The notes under the pieces: model-generated
What the model was told of the DNA's origin: nothing
Database searches by the model: none
What the model saw: only the letters and a program-made list of their open reading frames with translations
Shown here: piece after piece, positions 25,768 through 34,545 of the stretch
Layout: the number at the start of each line of letters is the position of its first letter
Numbering within the stretch: the stretch's first letter is position 1
Assembly: GCA_035949755.1 (NCBI GenBank)
Contig: DASYYT010000092.1
Span: 4,619-68,618 of the forward strand
Length of the DNA: 64,000 nucleotides
Direction: 5' to 3'
Origin: Candidatus Sulfotelmatobacter sp.
GTDB lineage: Bacteria; Acidobacteriota; Terriglobia; Terriglobales; Acidobacteriaceae
Program-made: the position numbers and the translations under genes

Positions 25768-26997
25768 TCAGTTTGTATTGGAAAGGTCTGCCCCACGCCG
25801 CTCTCGGCCGCTCCACGTAGCCACCGCAACCAGGCTCGCCACGAGCAACACTGTCCAAGCCAAAACCGGTGAGAAGCGGCCTCCATAGCGGGATTCCGCC
25901 AGCTTTGCCTGGATCACGGCGTTCTTTGATGAAAACAAATTGCCCAACTGGTAGGCCACTCCCGGAAACGTCCCCCGCACCGCCGACGGCGACAATTCAT
26001 TCAGGTGTGCCGGTATGACCCCCCACGCCCCCTGTACCATGAATTGCATCAGGAAGCCTCCCATCGCCAGCATGGGAACCGTACGCGAATACGCCCACAG
26101 CGGAATCACCGGAATCGCCAGCAAGGCAGCGATCACGATCGCCGTTTTCCTGCCGATCTTCTCCGACAGGGTGCCGAACAGAATTCCTCCCAGCAGCGCC
26201 CCCACGTTGTAGATGATGACGATCAATCCCGTGGTCTGCGGCGGGAAATGCAAGTTCCTTTCCAGAAACGTCGGATACAGATCCTGCGTGCCGTGGCTGA
26301 ACGAATTGAAGGCAAACATCAGCACCACCAGAAATGCAAAGATACCCGTGTGCGACCCAATGTCTTTCCACAAACGACTTTCCGATGATCGCGCTACCCG
26401 TCCCTGCACCCATGCCGGCGATTCTTCCACGTGAATTAGCATGTAGATCACGAGCGCTGCCGGCAGCATGCCGATCACGAACATGCCGCGCCAGCCTACG
26501 ACGGTGAATAGCATTCGGTACGCCAGCGCTGCCATCAGATACCCCACCACGTAACCTTCCTGCAGCAGACCCGAGAAAAAGCCGCGCCCCTCTGCCGGGA
26601 GTGTCTCGAATGCCAGAGCCGCGCCCACGCCCCATTCTCCGCCCATGCCGATTCCGAATAAGGCGCGGGTGATGAGAAAGATGTTGAGCGTCGGTGCGAA
26701 GGCTGAGGCCAGCTCGAACACCGAATAGGCAAGGACGTTGGCCATTAGCGTCGGCCGGCGCCCGAACCGGTCTGCCAGCATACCGAACAGGAATGCACCC
26801 AGCGGCCGCATCGCCAGCGTCCAGAAAATCGCCTGCGCGATCGCCGATACTTTTTCGTGAAACTGCGTGGCCAGCGCATTGACGCAAAGAATCAAAATGA
26901 AAAAGTCAAACGCATCCAGCGACCACCCCAGAAAGCAGGCAATGAACGTATTCCGCTGGACCGCATTCAACCGCCGGAAGTGCCCGATGAATTCCAT
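25768..26997 (-). CDS. MFS transporter
   Basis: 409 aa with 12 predicted TM helices. The MFS loop motif is GMLADRFGRRPT. Confidence 0.8.
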   Translation of the reverse strand: MEFIGHFRRLNAVQRNTFIACFLGWSLDAFDFFILILCVNALATQFHEKVSAIAQAIFWTLAMRPLGAFLFGMLADRFGRRPTLMANVLAYSVFELASAFAPTLNIFLITRALFGIGMGGEWGVGAALAFETLPAEGRGFFSGLLQEGYVVGYLMAALAYRMLFTVVGWRGMFVIGMLPAALVIYMLIHVEESPAWVQGRVARSSESRLWKDIGSHTGIFAFLVVLMFAFNSFSHGTQDLYPTFLERNLHFPPQTTGLIVIIYNVGALLGGILFGTLSEKIGRKTAIVIAALLAIPVIPLWAYSRTVPMLAMGGFLMQFMVQGAWGVIPAHLNELSPSAVRGTFPGVAYQLGNLFSSKNAVIQAKLAESRYGGRFSPVLAWTVLLVASLVAVATWSGRERRGADLSNTN

Positions 26998-27100
26998 GGC
27001 CGTCCGTTTCTCTTTGATTAGTCTGTGCCGCTCTGTGACCCTATGTGGTGAGTTCTTTTGCCGTTACTGAAGTCCAGCGGATGCTAGCATAGGTTTTTCA

Positions 27101-27126
27101 TTCAACGATCAACAATCAATAATCTC
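27101..27126. repeat. One-armed word array (CAACAATC type) abutting the Rieske gene ATG
   Basis: The sequence ttcaacgatcaacaatcaataatctc lies directly before ATG 27127. No SD is present. Confidence 0.5.
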
Positions 27127-28242
27127 ATGCCCGACCTCGACCTCCCGCAACGCCAGGCCACCGACACGCTGATGCTGACTGGCTTCTGGTATCGCGCCCT
27201 GCCCGCCGACCGCGTCCATCGCAATCAACTGCACAAGGCAACTCTGCTGGAGATTCCTCTGGTCATCGGGCGCGACCGCGCCAACCAACCTTTCGCCCTG
27301 CGCGACGCCTGTCCTCATCGCGGCATGCCCCTCAACTGCGGCCATTTCGATGGAGAAAACCTCGAGTGCGGATACCATGGCTGGCAGTTCGACGTGCACA
27401 ACGGACAATGCCGTCTCATTCCCTCGCTCACTGCCGATCAGAAAATGAGAGTGGATCGCATCTACGCCGGCAGCTATCCCTGCGAAGAGCAGGACAATTT
27501 CATATGGGTCTACATCCCCGATCCCGGTCCGCCGGGCGCGGGATTCGGTCCGCCCGCCGCAGCCTGCGAACCCGCCCCCACCATCGAAAAGCTTACCAGC
27601 AAGTACAAGTTCGCCTACCTGCAAGCCGAAATGCCAGTCAGCATTGACCACGGCATCATCGGTCTGATGGACCCCGCGCACGGCCCCTTCGTCCACCAGG
27701 CATGGTGGTGGCGGTCGCGCCGCAGCGCTCACGAGAAAACCAAGAACTTCGAGCCTATCCCCAACGGCTTCCGCATGAGCGCGCACACGCCCAGCTCAAA
27801 CTCCGCCCCCTACAAGCTATTACGCCTCTATGCCGACGCCGACTCGATCACGACCACCATCGATTTCGTGCTGCCCAACATCCGTACCGAAACCATTCGC
27901 GCCGGCAAGTACTGGTTCTCCAGCCTGACCACGGTCACGCCGATCACTCGCAGCCACTGCCGGATCGACGTAGTCGCGGCCTGGAACCTGTTCCGCTGGG
28001 TCCCTTTTGTTCCTGATCTTCTGAAATTTGTTTTCGCGAAGTTCGTCGAGCAGGATCGCCGCACCATGGAACTCCAGGCCGAAGGCCTGAAATACAACCC
28101 GCACCTCATGCTGATTGACGACGCCGACCGCCCCGCCAAATGGTACTTCCAGCTAAAAGCCGCTCACCTGGAAGCCAGGCGCACCGGTCAACCCATGAAG
28201 CACCCCATGCCGGGGCCGGTCACGCTGAAATGGAGGAGTTAG
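27127..28242 (+). CDS. Rieske [2Fe-2S] non-haem iron oxygenase (PaO/ring-hydroxylating alpha-subunit-like)
   Basis: Rieske motif CPHRGMPLNCG...CGYHGWQF. 371 aa. Confidence 0.8.
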   Translation: MPDLDLPQRQATDTLMLTGFWYRALPADRVHRNQLHKATLLEIPLVIGRDRANQPFALRDACPHRGMPLNCGHFDGENLECGYHGWQFDVHNGQCRLIPSLTADQKMRVDRIYAGSYPCEEQDNFIWVYIPDPGPPGAGFGPPAAACEPAPTIEKLTSKYKFAYLQAEMPVSIDHGIIGLMDPAHGPFVHQAWWWRSRRSAHEKTKNFEPIPNGFRMSAHTPSSNSAPYKLLRLYADADSITTTIDFVLPNIRTETIRAGKYWFSSLTTVTPITRSHCRIDVVAAWNLFRWVPFVPDLLKFVFAKFVEQDRRTMELQAEGLKYNPHLMLIDDADRPAKWYFQLKAAHLEARRTGQPMKHPMPGPVTLKWRS

Positions 28243-28265
28243 AACACAAAAAAACCGGGACCACC

Positions 28266-28330
28266 ACTAACAACTGAGTACGAACACTGAAAAGTGAGAA
28301 CCGAATACTGACAACTGACATCTGACAACT
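28266..28330. repeat. One-armed array of 8-nt words (ACTGACAA type) between convergent genes
   Basis: Sequence actaacaactgagtacgaacactgaaaagtgagaaccgaatactgacaactgacatctgacaact. It runs into the stop codon of the gene at 28329. Confidence 0.6.
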
Positions 28331-28721
28331 ACTCCGCCACCAGCCAATCCATCGCCTCTTCCCGCGTCTTGAACGTCGGGATATCGCGGTGCGAGAAGCT
28401 CTTGATATTCTCGTAGAGCACGTGCGGTACCGTATCGGCTCCCACCCAGGCCGAGCGCTTCACATACGGACGGTCCAGGGTCAGCACTTCCTTCAAACGT
28501 GTGGCTACTTTCTTGTCCATTTCCGCGCCGGTAACATCGCCCAGCGTGAGCATTGAGCCGCGCGCTTGCCTCGCCACAATTGCCCGCACCTGCTCAATCA
28601 GCAACAGGATCTCCTTGCCGCTGCAATGACTGAAGTCGACGAGGAAGATAGCCTGCCCCTTGTGCTTCACAAAACGCAGCCGGTTTTCGCTGACACTACT
28701 CACTGTGTCGTCGAAATTCAT
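28329..28721 (-). CDS. Small STAS/SpoIIAA-like protein (tentative), translationally coupled to alaS
   Basis: 130 aa. Its ATG overlaps the alaS stop (ATGA at 28718-28721). The alternating beta/alpha pattern includes a DVTG motif and a C-terminal TREEAMDWL. The fold assignment is tentative. Confidence 0.45.
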   Translation of the reverse strand: MNFDDTVSSVSENRLRFVKHKGQAIFLVDFSHCSGKEILLLIEQVRAIVARQARGSMLTLGDVTGAEMDKKVATRLKEVLTLDRPYVKRSAWVGADTVPHVLYENIKSFSHRDIPTFKTREEAMDWLVAE

Positions 28722-31700
28722 GGGAGCAATCCCTCCACCACGCCATAAGCCCCGTCCAGCGCGGCATCCAGCGCGGACGCATCTTTTCCCCCAGCCTCCG
28801 CCAGATCCGGGCGCCCTCCGCCCTTCCCGCCAATCTTCTGCGCCACCGGCCCGATCACCTTACCCGCCTGTACGCGTCCGGTCAAATCTTTGGTCACCCC
28901 CACAATCAGCGCCACGTTTCCGTTCGACGCCGATCCCAGCACCACCACGCCCGATCCGATCTTGTCGCGTAGTTGATCCACCAGCGTCCGCAACTGCGCG
29001 CGCTCCAGATTATCCACACGCTGCGCCAGCACCTTCACGCCCTTGATCTCTTTCACTTTCTCGCCAACATTCGCCGTGGCCGACGACGCCGACTTCATCC
29101 GCGCCTGGTCTAGCTCTCTCGCCAGCCGCTTGATCTCCGCATCTTTCTTTTCCAGCTCCGCTTTCAGCGCCTCAGCCGGAGAAAAAGTTCTCTCTCCGTC
29201 GGAATCCACATCCGCGGAGGGTGCCCCACCTTTCGTGATTTTCGAAGGGTGGGTAGCCACGAACGATGACACAACGTTCTCGAGTTGATGATCCCGGCGA
29301 AAGTGGTGTAACGACCCCTCGCCGGTGATGGCCTCGACTCTACGCACCCCCGACGACACGCTGCCTTCCTTCAAAATCTTGATCAGCCCGATCTCGCCGG
29401 TCGCTCCCGTGTGAGTCCCGCCGCAGAGCTCCGTCGAGAAATCGCCAATCCGGATCACGCGTACCTTGTCGCCATACTTCTCCCCGAACAGCGCCATCGC
29501 GTGATACTCATTGATCGCCACATCGATCGGCACGTCGGCAATCGTCTCGACCTTCCGGTCGCGCAGCACCTCCTTGTTGATGATGTCCTCAATGTCCTGC
29601 AACTCCTCATCTTCGACGGCCGTAAAGTGTGAAAAATCAAAGCGCAAATGATTCGGCGCTACGAGCGATCCGGCCTGCTTCACATGCTTGCCCAACACCT
29701 CGCGCAGCCCCGCATGCAACAAATGCGTCGCCGTGTGATTCCGCATCGTGGACTCGCGGATGTCAGTGTTTACGACCGCGTCAACCTTATCGCCCACGCG
29801 AATCGGCGACTTTGTGACAATCTGATGCGCCCGTACTCCCTGAATCGGGTAATAGCATCCCTTCACCTCGGCGACGACGGTATTGTGATCGTCCGAGTAG
29901 AGCCACCCGCGATCCCCCACCTGCCCGCCCGCCTCCGCATAAAACGGCGTGTGATCGAGGATCACCTCGCCCTCTTCGCCAGCTTTGAGCTCGCGCACGC
30001 CCTGGCCGTTGTGAATGATGGCCAGCACCTGGCACCCATCCGATCGCGTCTGCCGGTATCCTTCAAACTCCGACTTCGGCAGCTGCTGATAGGCAGGATT
30101 GGCCGTCTGCTTGGCCGCCCCCTTCCACGAAGCCCGAGCCCGCGACTTCTGCTCTTCCATCGCGAGATCAAAGCCTGGATGATCGAACACCAGCCCTTGA
30201 TCCCGTACGGCATCATGGATGAAGTCGGGCGGCACACCAAACGTGTCATAGAGTTTGAATGCGGCATCGCCAGGAAACCAACCGATCCGAGCTGCTGTCG
30301 CTGTTGCCGCCAGCGCCGAGCGAAGCCCCACAAACGCCTTTCTTCTTTCCTCTTCCGATAGGGTACTGGGCGACTCAAACGCATGGTGGATTTTTTCAGT
30401 AACTGGTTGAAGGAACTGCACGAGTTTTGGCCCCTCAAACCCTCTCTTTGCGGTCGCAGCTAGATCATCGCCAATGGCTTTCATTTCGTGCGAAAAGCTC
30501 TCCACAATGTTCCCGTGGAATTTCAGAACCGAGCTGCCTGTCGACTTTCCTGCGGCTTCGAGAGCAAACTGTGATGCTTGTTCGAGGTGGGTCCGTATTA
30601 GCCCTGCGTCGGCCACGTGCTTAGAAGCAATGTTCTCAAGCGCTTCGCTCGTCGTATCGCCCAACAGCTTCAAGCCCGGCGCCAAAGTGTGAGCAAACCG
30701 TTCTTCTTCAGTACGTACGATTTTCGATACGCGCTCTGCTGTCTCCCTCAGTTCCGGATAGGCGTCGCACATCAGATCGCGAACGGTAAAGACCATCTCG
30801 TGGAGGAACGGCTTCGTCTGTCCCAGCAGCCGCCCATGCGTAATGGCCCGCCGGGTGATTTTCCGCAGCACATATCCGCGCCCTTCATTCGAGGGCAGCA
30901 CTCCGTCGGAAATCAGAAACGTTGCCGCCCGCGAATGATCAGCGATGACACGCAGCGACGCCGCCGACTTGGTATGCGCTTCTTTGCTGAGCTCCTTCTG
31001 AAGCGACGTCCCGGTCAACTCCGCCGCCCTCTTGATGAGCGGCGTAAACAAATCCGTGTCGTAATTCGAAATCACTCCTTGCAACACCGCCGCCGTTCGC
31101 TCTAGCCCCATTCCGGTGTCGATCGACGGCTTCGGCAGCGGCGTCAACTTCCCCGACGCATCCCGGTCAAACTGCATAAACACCAGGTTCCAGATCTCTA
31201 CATAACGGCCGCAATCGCATCCAAACGCGCAATTCGTATGCCCTTGGTCCGAGGCTGCCGGTCCCATGTCGTAATAAATCTCGCTGCACGGCCCGCACGG
31301 CCCGGTATCGCCCATCTGCCAGAAGTTATCCTTCAACCCCATCTCGTAGATGCGATCCTTGGGCACGCCCTGCGCCGCCCACAAATCGTAAGCCTCGGCA
31401 TCGCGCGCCACGCCCGCCTCGCCCTTGAAGATCGTCGCGTACAACTTGTTTTTGTCAATTCCAAACCACTCCGGGGAGGTCACCAGTTCCCACGCGTAGG
31501 CAATGGCATTTTTCTTGAAGTAATCGCCAAACGAGAAATTCCCCAGCATCTCGAAAAACGTGTGATGCCGGTTGGTGAATCCCACATTTTCCAGGTCGTT
31601 GTGCTTCCCCCCGGCGCGCACACACTTCTGCGAGGTCGTGGCCCGCGAGTAATCCCGCTTCTCCAGGCCCAGAAAAACGTCCTTGAACTGATTCATCCCC

Positions 31701-31822
31701 GCGTTGGTAAACAGCAGCGTGGGATCGTTGGCAGGTACCAGCGACGACGAATGCACCTCCTTATGCCCCTTCTGCACAAAGAAGTCCAAGAATTTGCGGC
31801 GAATTTCCGATCCAGTCAGCAT
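28718..31822 (-). CDS. alaS: Alanine--tRNA ligase, unusually long (1034 aa)
   Basis: The class II catalytic core is present ([30 protein letters not shown]). Editing-domain motifs are HTATHLLH and CGGTH, and the C-terminus has a DHHA1-like domain. Extra segments are present relative to the 876-aa E. coli enzyme. Confidence 0.95.
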   Translation of the reverse strand: MLTGSEIRRKFLDFFVQKGHKEVHSSSLVPANDPTLLFTNAGMNQFKDVFLGLEKRDYSRATTSQKCVRAGGKHNDLENVGFTNRHHTFFEMLGNFSFGDYFKKNAIAYAWELVTSPEWFGIDKNKLYATIFKGEAGVARDAEAYDLWAAQGVPKDRIYEMGLKDNFWQMGDTGPCGPCSEIYYDMGPAASDQGHTNCAFGCDCGRYVEIWNLVFMQFDRDASGKLTPLPKPSIDTGMGLERTAAVLQGVISNYDTDLFTPLIKRAAELTGTSLQKELSKEAHTKSAASLRVIADHSRAATFLISDGVLPSNEGRGYVLRKITRRAITHGRLLGQTKPFLHEMVFTVRDLMCDAYPELRETAERVSKIVRTEEERFAHTLAPGLKLLGDTTSEALENIASKHVADAGLIRTHLEQASQFALEAAGKSTGSSVLKFHGNIVESFSHEMKAIGDDLAATAKRGFEGPKLVQFLQPVTEKIHHAFESPSTLSEEERRKAFVGLRSALAATATAARIGWFPGDAAFKLYDTFGVPPDFIHDAVRDQGLVFDHPGFDLAMEEQKSRARASWKGAAKQTANPAYQQLPKSEFEGYRQTRSDGCQVLAIIHNGQGVRELKAGEEGEVILDHTPFYAEAGGQVGDRGWLYSDDHNTVVAEVKGCYYPIQGVRAHQIVTKSPIRVGDKVDAVVNTDIRESTMRNHTATHLLHAGLREVLGKHVKQAGSLVAPNHLRFDFSHFTAVEDEELQDIEDIINKEVLRDRKVETIADVPIDVAINEYHAMALFGEKYGDKVRVIRIGDFSTELCGGTHTGATGEIGLIKILKEGSVSSGVRRVEAITGEGSLHHFRRDHQLENVVSSFVATHPSKITKGGAPSADVDSDGERTFSPAEALKAELEKKDAEIKRLARELDQARMKSASSATANVGEKVKEIKGVKVLAQRVDNLERAQLRTLVDQLRDKIGSGVVVLGSASNGNVALIVGVTKDLTGRVQAGKVIGPVAQKIGGKGGGRPDLAEAGGKDASALDAALDGAYGVVEGLLP

Positions 31823-31848
31823 GAAACGTCAATTCTAATTGAAAAAGC

Positions 31849-31920
31849 AAACCACAGAGCGGCAGCAGATCGCACACAGGCCAATCGCAGCCTCTGTGTT
31901 CTCTGTGCCCTCCGTGGTTG
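31849..31920. repeat. REP-like element of a second type (aaccacagag ... ctctgtg ... ctccgtggtt)
   Basis: It shows inverted complementarity aaccacagag / ctccgtggtt with an internal ctctgtgttctctgtg. Related fragments cctctgtggtta at 10422-10433 and cctctgtgatt near 32405 occur elsewhere. It lies between the LEA-like gene stop and the alaS start. Confidence 0.45.
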
Positions 31921-31939
31921 ATTCTGCGCTCGCCGCCCG

Positions 31940-32329
31940 TTACTTCACTGCGTCAGCCGTCTTCTCGGTTCCTTTCTTGATACCATGGCCCACGCTCTTG
32001 GCGCCCTTCTTCACTTCGCTGGCCGTCTTGTCCGCGGCTTTCTCAGTATCTTTCCCAGCCGTCTTGGCGCCCTTTTTTGTATCTCTCACCGCGGTTTTGG
32101 TGCCCTTCTCGGTATCCTTGGCCGCCGTTTTTGCTCCCACCTTAGTGGCGTGCCCAGTCCTCTTGGCCGCCATCTTTGTGTCCCTGCCGGCGGTCTTGGC
32201 GCCCTTCACTGTGTCGTTCTTGGTTGTTTTGGCCGCGTTTTTCATGTCGGTGCTGGCGTCTTGCCCCAAGGCAAAAGGTGCAACAGACATAAACGCAAAC
32301 ACGAGCATTACTGCCCACTTCATAGTCAT
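31940..32329 (-). CDS. Secreted Lys/Thr/Ala-rich protein made of about nine 11-residue repeats (LEA-3-like)
   Basis: ATG 32329 with SD ggaga. The signal peptide is MTMKWAVMLVFAFMSVAPFALG. It is followed by DTVKGAKTAGR DTKMAAKRTGH ATKVGAKTAAK DTEKGTKTAVR DTKKGAKTAGK DTEKAADKTAS EVKKGAKSVGH and further units, a 33-bp DNA periodicity. Confidence 0.55.
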   Translation of the reverse strand: MTMKWAVMLVFAFMSVAPFALGQDASTDMKNAAKTTKNDTVKGAKTAGRDTKMAAKRTGHATKVGAKTAAKDTEKGTKTAVRDTKKGAKTAGKDTEKAADKTASEVKKGAKSVGHGIKKGTEKTADAVK

Positions 32330-32419
32330 GGGATTTCTCCTCCAGTTGTTACGGGACGATGGTTGAGTATCCACCATTTTCCGCCAGCGAGGCAAATCCA
32401 GCAGGGCCTCTGTGATTCG

Positions 32420-32959
32420 TCACTCCGTTTCGCTTTCCAGCGCGCTCAGCGTCTCGTCATCCACATCCCACTTTTTCAAGATGGAGAAGATCGTCTTCGT
32501 GCCAAATCCCGCGCGCGCCAGCTGCCGGAAGATCCGGGCCGCTTGCTTCTGATCCTTGGGTTTCTCCAGCCGCTTCTTGCGCAAATATTCGCGCGCCTGC
32601 TTCTCCTCGCTCACCCCCGCATACGCATCGTCTATGGCCTTATCGATGACCGACGCGTGCACTCCCCGCGTCTTCAACTCGGTGATCACGCGTCTCTGCC
32701 CCAGTTTCTGGTTGTCGCGCCGCATCGACGAGTAGTACGCGGCATATTGCCAGTCGTTGAGATATCCCTGATCCTTGAGCCGCCGGATCACAAGCTCTAC
32801 CAGCGTCTCCGCATACTCCGACTGCGGTTCTTCGATGCGCGCCCGCATCAGCCGCTTCAACTCCGCTACTGTCCGCATGCGGCGCGCCAGCGCGCCCACG
32901 GCATACTCGTACAGCTCATCTTCGGAATAGCTCCGTCGCTTCGGTCGCGAGAATGCCAT
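32420..32959 (-). CDS. recX: Recombination regulator RecX
   Basis: A protein of about 180 aa with a three-fold helical repeat. Motifs include EDELYEYAVGALARRMRTVAELKRLM and YLNDWQYA. I chose ATG 32959. Confidence 0.72.
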   Translation of the reverse strand: MAFSRPKRRSYSEDELYEYAVGALARRMRTVAELKRLMRARIEEPQSEYAETLVELVIRRLKDQGYLNDWQYAAYYSSMRRDNQKLGQRRVITELKTRGVHASVIDKAIDDAYAGVSEEKQAREYLRKKRLEKPKDQKQAARIFRQLARAGFGTKTIFSILKKWDVDDETLSALESETE

Positions 32960-33053
32960 CTCACGCCAACAATAGCGCACTGCTGCCATGCCGGCGAACT
33001 ATTCTTTCTTGCCGCCGGCCCCGTTTCCCGGATTCGGAGTGCCGCAATATCAG

Positions 33054-33080
33054 TAAAAAAGGCGCGCTGTAAGCGCGCCC
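33054..33080 (-). terminator. Rho-independent terminator downstream of pilT
   Basis: On the minus strand the sequence reads gGGCGCGCTtacAGCGCGCCtttttt: an 8-bp GC stem followed by a T-run. Confidence 0.65.
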
Positions 33081-33115
33081 TCAATCGTGCCAGGTTGAAA
33101 GGTTGAAATCTGCTG

Positions 33116-34243
33116 TTACCGCCCGCCTCCATACCCGGCGGTCTGCATGGACTGCCGCGAAATGTCCGCGGTGGAAGCGATGCCCTGCATACGCAGCTTG
33201 AAATCATCAGCATTGGAAGCGTTCTCCAGGGCGGTTTCGTAATTGACGAGTCCCGCCTGGAACAAATCCCACAGCGACTGGTCAAACGTCTGCATGCCGT
33301 ACTGCGAAGTGCCCGCCGCAATCGCGTCGCGAATCGATCGTGTCTTTTCCGGCACCAGGATGCACTCCCGGATGAACGCCGTGTTGATCATGACTTCCAC
33401 CGCGGGCACTCGCCCTTCCGAATCGCAGCGCCGCACCAGCCGTTGGCTGATAATCGCCCTCAGTACTGCCGCCATTTGCATGCGAATCTGCTTCTGCTCC
33501 GGCGGAGGAAAGATCGAAATCACACGGTTGACAGTTTCCACTGCGTCCAGCGTATGCAAGGTCGAAAACACCATGTGGCCGGTTTCCGCCGCATGCAGCG
33601 CCGTCTGAATCGTTTCCAGATCGCGCATTTCGCCGACCAGGATCACGTCCGGATCCTGACGCAACGAAGCTCGCAGCGCCGATCCAAACCCCGGCGTGTC
33701 CACTCCCACCTCGCGCTGGTTGACATATCCCTTTTTATCGCGGTGCAGGAATTCGATTGGGTCCTCGATGGTCACGATGTGTTCTGCCCGCGACGAGTTC
33801 ACACGGTCCACCATCGCCGCCAGGGTCGTCGATTTACCGGAACCGGTGACGCCCGTTACCAGCACCAGCCCGCGCGGCATATCGCAGATCTGCTCCACCA
33901 CCTTGGGCAGAAATAACTCATCCAACGCCCGAATCTTGGTAGGAATGACGCGCAGCACCAGTCCAACATTGCCGCGCTGCTGAAAGATGTTCACACGGAA
34001 GCGTCCCAGTCCGGCGACGCCGTAGGCCATATCGATTTCCGTGGTCTCTTTGAATTTCTGTTTTTGCCGCGCCGACATCATGCTGAAGGCCATATTCAGC
34101 ATGTCTTCCGCGCTGATTCGCGGCTGATCGGTCAAGGGCGCCAACTCACCGTCAATGCGCAGGTGGGGATAATTCCCAACTTTCAAATGCAAGTCCGAGG
34201 CTCGCCGTTCTGTCGCGATCCGAAGCAGGTCATCAATATTCAT
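33116..34243 (-). CDS. pilT: Type IV pilus retraction ATPase PilT
   Basis: Walker A GVTGSGKST, motif LRASLRQDPDVILVGEMRD and N-terminal ASDLHLKVG. 375 aa. Confidence 0.88.
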   Translation of the reverse strand: MNIDDLLRIATERRASDLHLKVGNYPHLRIDGELAPLTDQPRISAEDMLNMAFSMMSARQKQKFKETTEIDMAYGVAGLGRFRVNIFQQRGNVGLVLRVIPTKIRALDELFLPKVVEQICDMPRGLVLVTGVTGSGKSTTLAAMVDRVNSSRAEHIVTIEDPIEFLHRDKKGYVNQREVGVDTPGFGSALRASLRQDPDVILVGEMRDLETIQTALHAAETGHMVFSTLHTLDAVETVNRVISIFPPPEQKQIRMQMAAVLRAIISQRLVRRCDSEGRVPAVEVMINTAFIRECILVPEKTRSIRDAIAAGTSQYGMQTFDQSLWDLFQAGLVNYETALENASNADDFKLRMQGIASTADISRQSMQTAGYGGGR

Positions 34244-34418
34244 GCGGAATTTGTCCCAGGAAGCCTCCCTGGAGGCCTCAGCAAAGCTCTCCCAGCATCA
34301 TCGCGCGAATCGTCACCTTCCCCAAGATGACCTAGGTAATGGCCTCCATCAGCGCCCGTACACCCCCTAAAGTTCCGGCCGCTTAAGTTGCACAGCGTCC
34401 GAATCCTTGCAGTCGGGC

Positions 34419-34465
34419 GTCATCCCAACGGAGCTGCTTTTCAGGCGGAGTGAGGGATCTCTGCC
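34419..34465 (+). repeat. REP-like element, third (diverged) copy
   Basis: Sequence gtcatcccaacggagctgcttttcaggcggagtgagggatctctgcc has the atccc/gggat inverted termini. It is the same family as 15735 and 16715. Confidence 0.5.
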
Positions 34466-34525
34466 GCATCGTCACCGTCCGCTACTGCCAAATAAGAGTC
34501 TGTCTCTGAGCGCGTATATCGCGTA

Positions 34526-34539
34526 TATAATGTCGCGAC
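34526..34539 (+). promoter_or_regulatory. Candidate -10 box TATAAT fused to palindrome GTCGCGAC, 6 nt upstream of the kinase ATG
   Basis: The sequence tataatGTCGCGACcgccgtATG recurs as an identical 14-mer before the second kinase gene. No SD is present. Confidence 0.45.
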
Positions 34540-34545
34540 CGCCGT

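Noticed and set aside
31839-32366. 175-aa plus-strand ORF with repetitive hydrophobic sequence, opposite the LEA-like gene.
   Set aside because: It is the mirror image of the 33-bp repeat. It has no start context or SD. The minus-strand ORF has an SD, a signal peptide and a coherent repeat structure.
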